Position numbers and translations under genes: made by a program. Source: a virus (lineage: Duplodnaviria > Caudoviricetes). From it: a DNA stretch of 24,171 nt. The notes under the pieces were generated by a model, which was not told the DNA's origin, did not search any database, and saw only the letters and a program-made list of their open reading frames with translations. The stretch is from IMG/VR virus record IMGVR_UViG_3300019784_004171, positions 1 through 24,171 of that record. One strand, given 5' to 3'. The stretch's first letter is position 1; each line of letters opens with the position of its first letter. This document shows positions 8,567 to 16,391 of the stretch, in pieces.

Positions 8567-10480
8567 ATGCCTAAAAAATCTCAAAATAAATCAAAAACAG
8601 CAAAAACTGAAGAAGCTCAACCGTTAATGGTTTCTCAAGCTTCTTTTTCTCAAGAAATAAAAGCTTCAGAAGATAGAATGAGAAGAAATGCTTCTTCTAC
8701 AATAACAAGAACTGATAGATATAAGAACATTGAAGATGGCATAATTCCATTTAGATATTCATCAGGAATTAAATCTAATTCAAATATGAATATTCGTGAT
8801 GCGGTTATTCTATGTCAAAAGGCTTATTATAATTTTGCTATATTCAGAAATACTATTGATTTAATGACAGAATTTTCTTGCAGTAATATTTACTTTAAAG
8901 ATGGTAGTCAAAAAAGTAGAGATTTCTTCACAGCACTTTTAAAGAAAATAAATATTTTTGATTTTCAAGATAAATTCTTTCGTGAATACTATCGTAGTGG
9001 AAATGTTTTTATATATAGATTTGACACAAAAGTTAGAGACGACGATATTAGTAAAATTACTCAAACATTTGGATTATCCTCTCAAGCTTCAGTAAATCTT
9101 CCATCTAAATATATTATTTTAAATCCAGCAGATATACAAATTGGTGGAACTATTAATTTTTCTGTTGGTAGATATTATAAATTAATAAGTGATTATGAAT
9201 TAGAGAGATTAAAAAGCCCAAAAACAGACGAGGATTATGAAGTTCTAAAAAGTCTTCCACAAGAAACGCAAAAACTTATTCAACAAAAAACAATTGGAAT
9301 TTTAACTCTGCCATTAGATAGAGAAAGACTCGCAGCAGTTTTTTATAAAAAACAAGACTACGAACCATTTTCAGTACCAATGGGATATCCAGTATTAGAT
9401 GATATCAATTGGAAAGCTGAAATGAAAAAAATGGATATGGCAGTAACAAGAACAATGCAACAAGCAGTATTGTTAGTTACAATGGGCACAGATCCAGATA
9501 AAGGCGGAATTAATCAAAAAAATCTCGAAGCAATGCAAAAACTTTTTGAAAATCAAAGCGTAGGTAGAGTTTTAATTGCAGATTATACTACTAAAGCTCA
9601 ATTCGTTATTCCAGATATCGGTAATCTTATTGGGCCACAAAAATATGAAGTAGTAGATCGGGATATTCAAATTGGTTTAAATAATATTCTTATTGGCAAT
9701 GAAAAATTTGCGAATCAAAGTATTAAAGTGCAAGTCTTTATAGAAAGATTAAAACAAGCTCGCGAAACATTTATTAATGATTTTCTATTTCCAGAAATTA
9801 GAAGAATTAGTAAAGAATTGGGTTTTAAAAATTATCCAACTCCGCATTTTGAAGATATCGATCTGAAAGATGACATCCAATACTCTAGAGTTTATACAAG
9901 ACTTGTAGAACTAGGAGTATTAACTCCAGAAGAAGGATTACAAGCAATAGATAGTGGAAGACTTCCATCGCCTCAAGATTCAGTTTTATCTCAAGAAAAA
10001 TTTAGAGAATTAAAAGATCAAGGTCTTTATCAACCATTAATTGGTGGAGCGAAAATTGGAGCAGAAGCTGGTAGACCAAGTGGATCGACTGGGATTCCTC
10101 AATCTACAAAAAATGTTAAACCAATTGGCGAAGGTAAACAATCTAAAGCTGTATTTTTTGATGTTAATAGAATTAAAGAAAATTTTATTTTAGCATCGAA
10201 ACTTCAAGAAAAAGTAGAAAGCTCATTGAGAGAAAAGCATAGTTTAAGAAAACTTTCTAAACAACAAAAAGAAGTAGCTTTTGAAATTACAAAAATTATT
10301 GTAGCAAATGAAAACCCACAGAACTGGGAAGTAGAAAGCTTAAATTACGTTAATAATCCAAAAGATAAAAATTTAGAAACAGTATCTAATGTTCAAGATA
10401 TAGCGTTAGAACATGGAGTTGATAGTTATATAGCTGGTATTCTTTATCACAGCAAACAACAAGGAAAAGAAAATGGCTGA
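8567..10480 (+). CDS. Portal protein
   Basis: 637 aa after terL; FRNTIDLMTEF...FFREYYRSGNVFIY pattern, GVLTPEEG and GRPSG C-terminal motifs typical of portals. Confidence 0.85.
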   Translation: MPKKSQNKSKTAKTEEAQPLMVSQASFSQEIKASEDRMRRNASSTITRTDRYKNIEDGIIPFRYSSGIKSNSNMNIRDAVILCQKAYYNFAIFRNTIDLMTEFSCSNIYFKDGSQKSRDFFTALLKKINIFDFQDKFFREYYRSGNVFIYRFDTKVRDDDISKITQTFGLSSQASVNLPSKYIILNPADIQIGGTINFSVGRYYKLISDYELERLKSPKTDEDYEVLKSLPQETQKLIQQKTIGILTLPLDRERLAAVFYKKQDYEPFSVPMGYPVLDDINWKAEMKKMDMAVTRTMQQAVLLVTMGTDPDKGGINQKNLEAMQKLFENQSVGRVLIADYTTKAQFVIPDIGNLIGPQKYEVVDRDIQIGLNNILIGNEKFANQSIKVQVFIERLKQARETFINDFLFPEIRRISKELGFKNYPTPHFEDIDLKDDIQYSRVYTRLVELGVLTPEEGLQAIDSGRLPSPQDSVLSQEKFRELKDQGLYQPLIGGAKIGAEAGRPSGSTGIPQSTKNVKPIGEGKQSKAVFFDVNRIKENFILASKLQEKVESSLREKHSLRKLSKQQKEVAFEITKIIVANENPQNWEVESLNYVNNPKDKNLETVSNVQDIALEHGVDSYIAGILYHSKQQGKENG

Positions 10481-11240
10481 AAATTTAATTAGATTAAAAC
10501 AATTAAATCAAAGTGAAATTACAGGTCTTGTTCAAGATGTAATAAGTTCTAATTCTTATGCTTTAACCCAAAATGGTGGCACAGGAGTAAATATAAATAA
10601 TGTTGGTGGAATAAATTTAAATAATTTATATATAAATATAAGTGGTAGCAAAATTAATTTTCAAAATGATGATATAAATTTAGCTTATCAATTCCCTCCT
10701 GCCACAGGAATTAGAAGACATCTACCATTTGGGTTTCAATCAATGTCGACTACGACTCCTAATTCTGGAGTCATAACATATCATCCGTTTTTAATTAGAA
10801 AAAAAATACCTAAATTAAATTTATGCGTAGAGTCCACTTCTTACGTCAATAATACCACTATTAAGCTCGGAATATATTCTGGTAATAATGGTTATGAAGG
10901 AGCTAAATTATTTTGGAGCGGGTCTATATTTTTTGATTCTTCGAATATTGGAATAAAATCAACAACTGCAAACGTAGTTTTAGACGAAGGACCATATATA
11001 ATTGCGTCTTGTAATACTGGTACTCCAGTACCATCCTCTTTTAAAGTTATGAATGTTAATTCTAATAGGCAGATATTTGGCGAGAACACTGGCTATAATA
11101 ATTTTGGTAATGTATCATCTAGTACATCAACTGCATACGCATATTATGATACTGGTTTAGATTTATATTCTTCTATTAGAAGTGGGTTTATGGTTGCAGC
11201 AAGCACAAATCAAGCCCCATTAGTTGGTATTGAATATTAA
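10473..11240 (+). CDS. Hypothetical protein, probably virion-associated
   Basis: 255 aa overlapping the portal stop; Asn/Gly-rich N-terminal half, beta-rich C-terminal domain. Confidence 0.55.
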   Translation: MAENLIRLKQLNQSEITGLVQDVISSNSYALTQNGGTGVNINNVGGINLNNLYINISGSKINFQNDDINLAYQFPPATGIRRHLPFGFQSMSTTTPNSGVITYHPFLIRKKIPKLNLCVESTSYVNNTTIKLGIYSGNNGYEGAKLFWSGSIFFDSSNIGIKSTTANVVLDEGPYIIASCNTGTPVPSSFKVMNVNSNRQIFGENTGYNNFGNVSSSTSTAYAYYDTGLDLYSSIRSGFMVAASTNQAPLVGIEY

Positions 11241-11259
11241 ATTATTAATATATAATCTA

Positions 11260-11266
11260 GTGTAAT
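11260..11266 (+). promoter_or_regulatory. GTGTAAT putative late promoter motif before lysis cassette
   Basis: Recurring intergenic motif. Confidence 0.6.
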
Positions 11267-11271
11267 GTTTT

Positions 11272-11562
11272 ATGAAGACTATGCTATCTAAAATCTTTGG
11301 CGCCAATTGGAGATCTTCCACTTCTGGAGTTACCACAGTAGTAGCAATTACTACCGCAATAGCAATTCACTCTGATCCTTCATTAGTAGCATTTCTTCCA
11401 GATATAGCAGAAACCTATATTATAGGAATTGCAAAATTAGTTGCAGTCGTTTCTGGTATAGTTTTTGCACTTACAGTAAAAGACTCAGCAGTTACTGGTG
11501 GAACAGTAGCTTCTACAGCTGAAGCAGAAGAAAGAATACATCCGCATGGAGAAAATATATGA
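11272..11562 (+). CDS. Putative holin
   Basis: 96 aa, two hydrophobic segments, NWRSS..G N-terminal motif, first gene of a membrane/lipoprotein cluster; Met1-Lys-Thr-Met4 possible dual start. Confidence 0.6.
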   Translation: MKTMLSKIFGANWRSSTSGVTTVVAITTAIAIHSDPSLVAFLPDIAETYIIGIAKLVAVVSGIVFALTVKDSAVTGGTVASTAEAEERIHPHGENI

Positions 11563-12008
11563 ATAAATTACAATTAATCGCAGTTGCTCTTTTGAGCGTA
11601 TTTCTTGGAGCTTGTGCCACAACCAATACTGGAAAAGTTGATGTTGCAACAAGTGTTGAAAACACTCTTCCTTATGTTAAGCCAGCAGTAATATTAGCTT
11701 GCACCGTTGTTCTTGATCAAGCCGTTTCTGGTAGCGATAGAATTGAAAAAGCTAAAATGATAAACAACGTTGCAGCAATTGTAGAAGCACTAACAGTTGG
11801 AAATACTCCAACTCCAGAACAACTTCAAAAAGCTCTTAACGATTATCTTCCAAGTGAAAAAACTCATTGGGCAAATTATGTTACTGTTATCAAAGATCTT
11901 TATGCTCAACAATTTGCTAGACTAAATGGAAATGGTGCTCTTGCAGTAAAGGTACTTAACGCTATTGCATCTGGATGCAAAGATGCAACAGCAAGTTACG
12001 TAGAGTAA
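11559..12008 (+). CDS. Lipoprotein
   Basis: Signal peptide II MNKLQLIAVALLSVFLGA-C (lipobox LGAC); helical mature part with two further Cys. Confidence 0.75.
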   Translation: MNKLQLIAVALLSVFLGACATTNTGKVDVATSVENTLPYVKPAVILACTVVLDQAVSGSDRIEKAKMINNVAAIVEALTVGNTPTPEQLQKALNDYLPSEKTHWANYVTVIKDLYAQQFARLNGNGALAVKVLNAIASGCKDATASYVE

Positions 12009-12010
12009 TT

Positions 12011-12211
12011 ATGCCAACTGGAATACTCCAAGCTTTACTCTCGGCAGTATCTGGAATATTCGCAGCAATCAATAACGTGTTCGGAGCAAAGAACACGAAA
12101 GAAATGAAAGATCGTCAAGAAGCTCAAAAAGAAGTTGATCATCAAAGTGGAATCGAAAATGCAGTAAAGGAAAAAGACCTTGAACAAGCTCGCAAGCATA
12201 TTAGTTCTTAA
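12011..12211 (+). CDS. Putative i-spanin (Rz-like); start reassigned to ATG 12011
   Basis: MPTGILQALLSAVSGIFAAINNVF hydrophobic N-terminus followed by a charged coiled segment; 3' end overlaps a lipoprotein gene. Confidence 0.5.
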   Translation: MPTGILQALLSAVSGIFAAINNVFGAKNTKEMKDRQEAQKEVDHQSGIENAVKEKDLEQARKHISS

Positions 12212-12596
12212 TTTTCTTCTTGTTGGATGTGCTACTGTGACACCAAATAAAATACAAGATGACAAATCATCTTATGACGCAACTACTCCAAAGCAATATG
12301 ATAAAGATAATGGTGGATTAATTTCTTTTGTTGGTGATGACGCACTTATTACTCGTCAGGCGCGCGAACGATATAATAATCTAATTAAAATGTATAGAAT
12401 CAAATTTAAAAAAGAAAAAGCAATTGATCTAGTTGAAGATTCTGGAGTTAAATCCTATAAGGATAGTTTTGGTAACGAGTTATTTTTAATTAATAGTGAG
12501 CATCTTGTTTATTTTGGTGTTATGAATAGTTGGTTAAAAGAAAAAGTTCCCCAAGACAATATACTAGACAAGACCATAGATAAAATAAATAATTAA
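12180..12596 (+). CDS. Putative o-spanin (Rz1-like) lipoprotein
   Basis: TTG start, lipobox LVGC, overlaps the last 32 nt of the upstream gene in another frame. Confidence 0.55.
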   Translation: MNKLASILVLNFLLVGCATVTPNKIQDDKSSYDATTPKQYDKDNGGLISFVGDDALITRQARERYNNLIKMYRIKFKKEKAIDLVEDSGVKSYKDSFGNELFLINSEHLVYFGVMNSWLKEKVPQDNILDKTIDKINN

Positions 12597-12597
12597 A

Positions 12598-13638
12598 ATG
12601 GGTAAATTAAGTTTAAATAGTAAATTATTTAATAGTATCATCTTCAAACCTTTTGAATATAAAAACATAGTATTTAAAGGCCCGAGTGGAACTACTATAG
12701 GTAATTTTATAAATGCTTTTGATATTTTTAATGTAGACATTAACGGTGTTGTAAATATGTATATTGGCAATCTAGATACTTCACCCTTAATTACATTTCT
12801 TGGCGACGGAAGTGATTGGCTTAATCTTCTCACTGAAGAAAATGTTTCTAATTATGTAATACCTTTAAACGCAATTTTTCAAATAAATAGTACCAGGAAT
12901 TTACCTGTTTTATTAAATTTAGGTGGCAATGCTTCAAATTATTTTCAAGGTCAAGCTTCTATTAAAAAACAAAATTTAACATCTTTAAAAGTAGGTGGCG
13001 GAACAACTGTAAATAATCCAAGTTCAGTTTATGTTTTTAAGGGTGGTTCAATAAATACTTTAGCGGATATATTTAATCCAATAAATTTTCAGGTTAATGA
13101 TACAATATTTATAACTTCATTAGAACTATTTTTAAATGAAGATTATGATTTTCTTTTTCAGGTTAATGATTATGGGGCTGGAAAATATTGGACAAATGAT
13201 ATATATGCCCAAACAAATATGAATAATTATGTAATTCCTGTTAATTATATTATATATTTTAATACTTCAAATAATAATAACATACAAGTTTCTAATGGAG
13301 CAATTATACAAAGATATAGTAATGGAAAAATAAATTTAAATAAAAAATATTTATATAAAGTTACTGGAACAGGATTAACACCTAATATAAATGGTTTAAG
13401 ATTTTATGATAGTGGTTTAATTTATAATGGTAAAAAATCTTTTTATAGCGAAGACTATCAATATGCTATTTGGTATTGGGGAGGATTTCCAACTGCAATT
13501 TGGCTCATAGGATCAATAGCTAATATTGGAACTTTTACTACAAATGCTTGGGGGAAACCAGGAGCAACAGACGCTGTAGCTGGATCTTATATAGCTGCTG
13601 GAGATAGAGTTGGAGCAGTAACAGTATCTGCAATTTAA
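12598..13638 (+). CDS. Hypothetical protein with an internal duplicated module
   Basis: 346 aa; W...NVSNYVIPLNAIFQIN repeated as YW...NMNNYVIPVNYIIYFN; Trp/Gly-rich C-terminal domain. Confidence 0.6.
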   Translation: MGKLSLNSKLFNSIIFKPFEYKNIVFKGPSGTTIGNFINAFDIFNVDINGVVNMYIGNLDTSPLITFLGDGSDWLNLLTEENVSNYVIPLNAIFQINSTRNLPVLLNLGGNASNYFQGQASIKKQNLTSLKVGGGTTVNNPSSVYVFKGGSINTLADIFNPINFQVNDTIFITSLELFLNEDYDFLFQVNDYGAGKYWTNDIYAQTNMNNYVIPVNYIIYFNTSNNNNIQVSNGAIIQRYSNGKINLNKKYLYKVTGTGLTPNINGLRFYDSGLIYNGKKSFYSEDYQYAIWYWGGFPTAIWLIGSIANIGTFTTNAWGKPGATDAVAGSYIAAGDRVGAVTVSAI

Positions 13639-13640
13639 TT

Positions 13641-14273
13641 ATGTTAAGTAAAAAGTCCTTAGATCTTATTCTCGAATTTGAAATTGGTGGTGGCGAAAAC
13701 TATTATAATAAATTTTTAAAAAATCCAGCTTGGCCAGGAGAGCAAAGCGGAGTTACAATTGGTGTTGGTTATGATTTAGGCTATGTAAATAAAAGTGAAT
13801 TTACTGAAGACTGGAAAGATCTTCCTAAAGAAATTTTTGATAGATTATACAAAATAGTTGGCATCAAAGGATATAATGCTAAGAATCTTATTAGAGGATT
13901 AAGAGATATAGTTATTCCTTGGGATCTTGCACTAAAAGTATTTAATAATAAAACAGTGACTAAATTTTATAATTTAACAAAACAAACTTTTCCTAATTTT
14001 GATAATCTTCCAGAAGATGCAAAAGGTGGATTAGTTAGTCTTGTATTTAATAGAGGAGCAGCTTTAGAAGGTGATCGTCGCCGCGAAATGAAATTAATTA
14101 GAGATGGTATGAAATTAGTATCAGTTTATGATCAAAAAGCTCTTACATTTATAGCTAATCAAATAAGAAATATGAAAAGAATATGGATTGGTGGAAGTAT
14201 AGAAAAAGGAATGAGTCGAAGAAGAGACGCAGAAGCTAAATTAATAGAAGAATCTTTGTCTACAAAAATTTAA
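13641..14273 (+). CDS. Endolysin, lysozyme-like muramidase (GH24/pesticin C-terminal-like)
   Basis: LILEFEIGG (catalytic Glu candidate), SGVTIGVGYDLG, LVSLVFNRG, GMSRRRDAEAKL motifs. Confidence 0.85.
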   Translation: MLSKKSLDLILEFEIGGGENYYNKFLKNPAWPGEQSGVTIGVGYDLGYVNKSEFTEDWKDLPKEIFDRLYKIVGIKGYNAKNLIRGLRDIVIPWDLALKVFNNKTVTKFYNLTKQTFPNFDNLPEDAKGGLVSLVFNRGAALEGDRRREMKLIRDGMKLVSVYDQKALTFIANQIRNMKRIWIGGSIEKGMSRRRDAEAKLIEESLSTKI

Positions 14274-14284
14274 AAGTTAAATTA

Positions 14285-14291
14285 GTGTAAT
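14285..14291 (+). promoter_or_regulatory. GTGTAAT putative late promoter motif
   Basis: Recurring intergenic motif, 18 nt before the ATG at 14309. Confidence 0.6.
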
Positions 14292-14308
14292 TTTAATATA
14301 ATATAATA

Positions 14309-15661
14309 ATGAGTAACATAGAATTAAATTTAAATGGCAATGGTAATATTTCTATATTTAATCAAGGATCAGAAGTTCGTTTATTTCCAGATTCAGTAGC
14401 AATGTCTCCAAGCAATAGTAATTTGATTTATTTGTTTGATCCGTTGTATTACAATGGATACATGGAAAGTTTAGACACTCGAGACCCAATCGGAGATCCT
14501 AAAAATACTAGGAGTTTTTTACAAAGAATATTTGACAAATATCCTTCTATAATTCCATTGAGCCAATATGTTGTTTCAAAAGGATATATTTCCAATAAAA
14601 CTGATGACTATGAAAATTTAAAAAGAAAAGGCAAACTAAATGGTCCATTTTTTTCTTACGAAAAAAGCAGCGATGATTCTGATATTCCAGTCGGAAGAGG
14701 AAATAGGTATCGTGGGCCAACAAGTGGGGTAAGTGCTACAGGCGAAAAAGAAAGAAGAAAAGCTTTATTAAAATTAATAGATCCAAAAACAAATGGAGTT
14801 TTTCCTATTAGAAACGCTCTGATTCCTTTGGCTACAAGTAGTTTTAATTTATTAGAAGCAAATCAATCTAAAACCTTTTCTTGTTTTATAAAATTAAATG
14901 ATCCAGTAAAGCATAAATCTACTAAGTCGGGTAAAGTAATTAGAGGTAAAAAAGCAATATTTCTAGATACAACTCAATTTACTATTGGATATAGATCTCC
15001 TTATTATTTATATAAAGGAACTCAAATCCAGCATGGTTTTACGCTAAAATATAAATATAAATTTGAACCATTTTCTTTTGTTTTTAGTATTAAAGATAAA
15101 GCTATGAGTCATACATTTATGACAGATTTTAAATATGAATTTGGTAAAACCTACCACTTGGCAATAACAACAGAATGCGGAAGTGCTAATTCACTTAATT
15201 TCTATCAAGCTCCATTGACTGTAAAAGTTTACATTAATGGAGAACAACAAAATACAGCATATTTAAAATTTAATCCTTTGATAAGGGGGAACGGTAGCGG
15301 AAATAATAGATCAAGATCAAAAAAAAGTAGATTACAAGATTCACCAGTTCAACCAAATTTTCATAAGAAAAATGGAGCGGATTTTACGCCAGTATCAAAT
15401 ACACAAACTGTGATATGCAAACCTTTAGGAAAATTAAATTCAAACCCTAGATACGGTCCAAATATTTTATACTTAGGCAAATCAAATTTAGCAAAAAATA
15501 AATATTCGTTTTATCCCCCAGCCAACGGCCGTTATTCATCACATCTTTCAAAAAGATATTTAAATAATATAGATGTTGGTGTAATACAAATATACAACAT
15601 TGCTCTTTCTCAAAATCAGATAAATAGTATTTATAATAATTTTGGTATTAGATACCAATAA
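14309..15661 (+). CDS. LamG/concanavalin A-like domain protein with basic insertions
   Basis: TFSCFIKL...TYHLAIT...VKVYINGEQ...IQIYNIALSQNQINSIYN matches the Laminin G-like pattern. Confidence 0.7.
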   Translation: MSNIELNLNGNGNISIFNQGSEVRLFPDSVAMSPSNSNLIYLFDPLYYNGYMESLDTRDPIGDPKNTRSFLQRIFDKYPSIIPLSQYVVSKGYISNKTDDYENLKRKGKLNGPFFSYEKSSDDSDIPVGRGNRYRGPTSGVSATGEKERRKALLKLIDPKTNGVFPIRNALIPLATSSFNLLEANQSKTFSCFIKLNDPVKHKSTKSGKVIRGKKAIFLDTTQFTIGYRSPYYLYKGTQIQHGFTLKYKYKFEPFSFVFSIKDKAMSHTFMTDFKYEFGKTYHLAITTECGSANSLNFYQAPLTVKVYINGEQQNTAYLKFNPLIRGNGSGNNRSRSKKSRLQDSPVQPNFHKKNGADFTPVSNTQTVICKPLGKLNSNPRYGPNILYLGKSNLAKNKYSFYPPANGRYSSHLSKRYLNNIDVGVIQIYNIALSQNQINSIYNNFGIRYQ

Positions 15662-15665
15662 CATC

Positions 15666-15740
15666 GTGTAAGACTAACGTCTTGTACTGGTTACAGCTCG
15701 CGTGAGGTAAGCATAACGTTCTATCCGTTATGCTATTTTT
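15666..15740 (+). ncRNA. Candidate small RNA unit (GTGTAA motif, about 60 nt, terminator)
   Basis: More GC-rich intergenic island with small hairpins (AAGAC/GTCTT, TGTA/TACA, CTC/GAG), bounded by the late motif and a terminator. Confidence 0.3.
15710..15740 (+). terminator. Intrinsic terminator
   Basis: AGCATAACG-TTCTATC-CGTTATGCT 9-bp stem followed by ATTTTT. Confidence 0.75.
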
Positions 15741-15762
15741 ATTTAATTTAAATTATATTTAT

Positions 15763-15769
15763 GTGTAAT
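15763..15769 (+). promoter_or_regulatory. GTGTAAT putative late promoter motif before head genes
   Basis: Recurring motif just downstream of a terminator. Confidence 0.6.
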
Positions 15770-15798
15770 TATTTGATAAGATATTATTAAGCATAAAT

Positions 15799-16389
15799 AT
15801 GAATTATAATTCTAAACAATATGGCTTTGAATCAAATGCCAAAAGAAAAGGTCCAAAATCTGCAGCTCAAACTCCAGCGAAACCATCTGAAAGACGCAAA
15901 GGCTCGTCTAAAAATAAACCTGGAAGTGCAGGAACGAAAAGTGATAAAGCAATTGAATTTTCTAAGAAAGTAGTAGAAGCGCTTAAAAACAAAGTCAAAG
16001 AACATAATAGTAAAAATAAGAAAAAAGTAACACTTGGTCAATTGAAAAAAGTATATCGTCGTGGCGCAGGCGCATTTTCTTCTTCTCACAGGCCAGGGAT
16101 GACTCGTGGTGGTTGGGCTATGGCGCGCGTAAATATGTTCTTAAAAATGGTAGGTGGTGGCAAAGTAAAAGATTCTTATAGAAAAGCTGATAGTGATATT
16201 GCAAGAGCCTCAATTTCTGATTATGAGATAGAAGCTAATTTTGAACCAGATGATGAAGATTTTGCTCAAGCAGAAGAAGATTTAAAAAATTATGATTTAA
16301 ATGATTTTGAATTTAATGATATTAACGAATTATATCTCGATGATGAGGAAGATGGTGTAATATATGGATTCGACATGGACAAAATATAA
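15799..16389 (+). CDS. Basic/acidic bipartite protein with DUF5824-like motif
   Basis: LKKVYRRGAGAFSSSHRPGMTRGGWAMARVNMF resembles the VYxRGxxAxxxxHRPGxxxxxWxxARV motif of DUF5824; Lys-rich N-terminus, Asp/Glu-rich C-terminus. Confidence 0.6.
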   Translation: MNYNSKQYGFESNAKRKGPKSAAQTPAKPSERRKGSSKNKPGSAGTKSDKAIEFSKKVVEALKNKVKEHNSKNKKKVTLGQLKKVYRRGAGAFSSSHRPGMTRGGWAMARVNMFLKMVGGGKVKDSYRKADSDIARASISDYEIEANFEPDDEDFAQAEEDLKNYDLNDFEFNDINELYLDDEEDGVIYGFDMDKI

Positions 16390-16391
16390 TT

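Noticed and set aside
11975-12010. Listed start of the 78-aa ORF
   Set aside because: Overlaps the upstream lipoprotein gene; ATG12011, two nt after its stop, gives a clean hydrophobic N-terminus.
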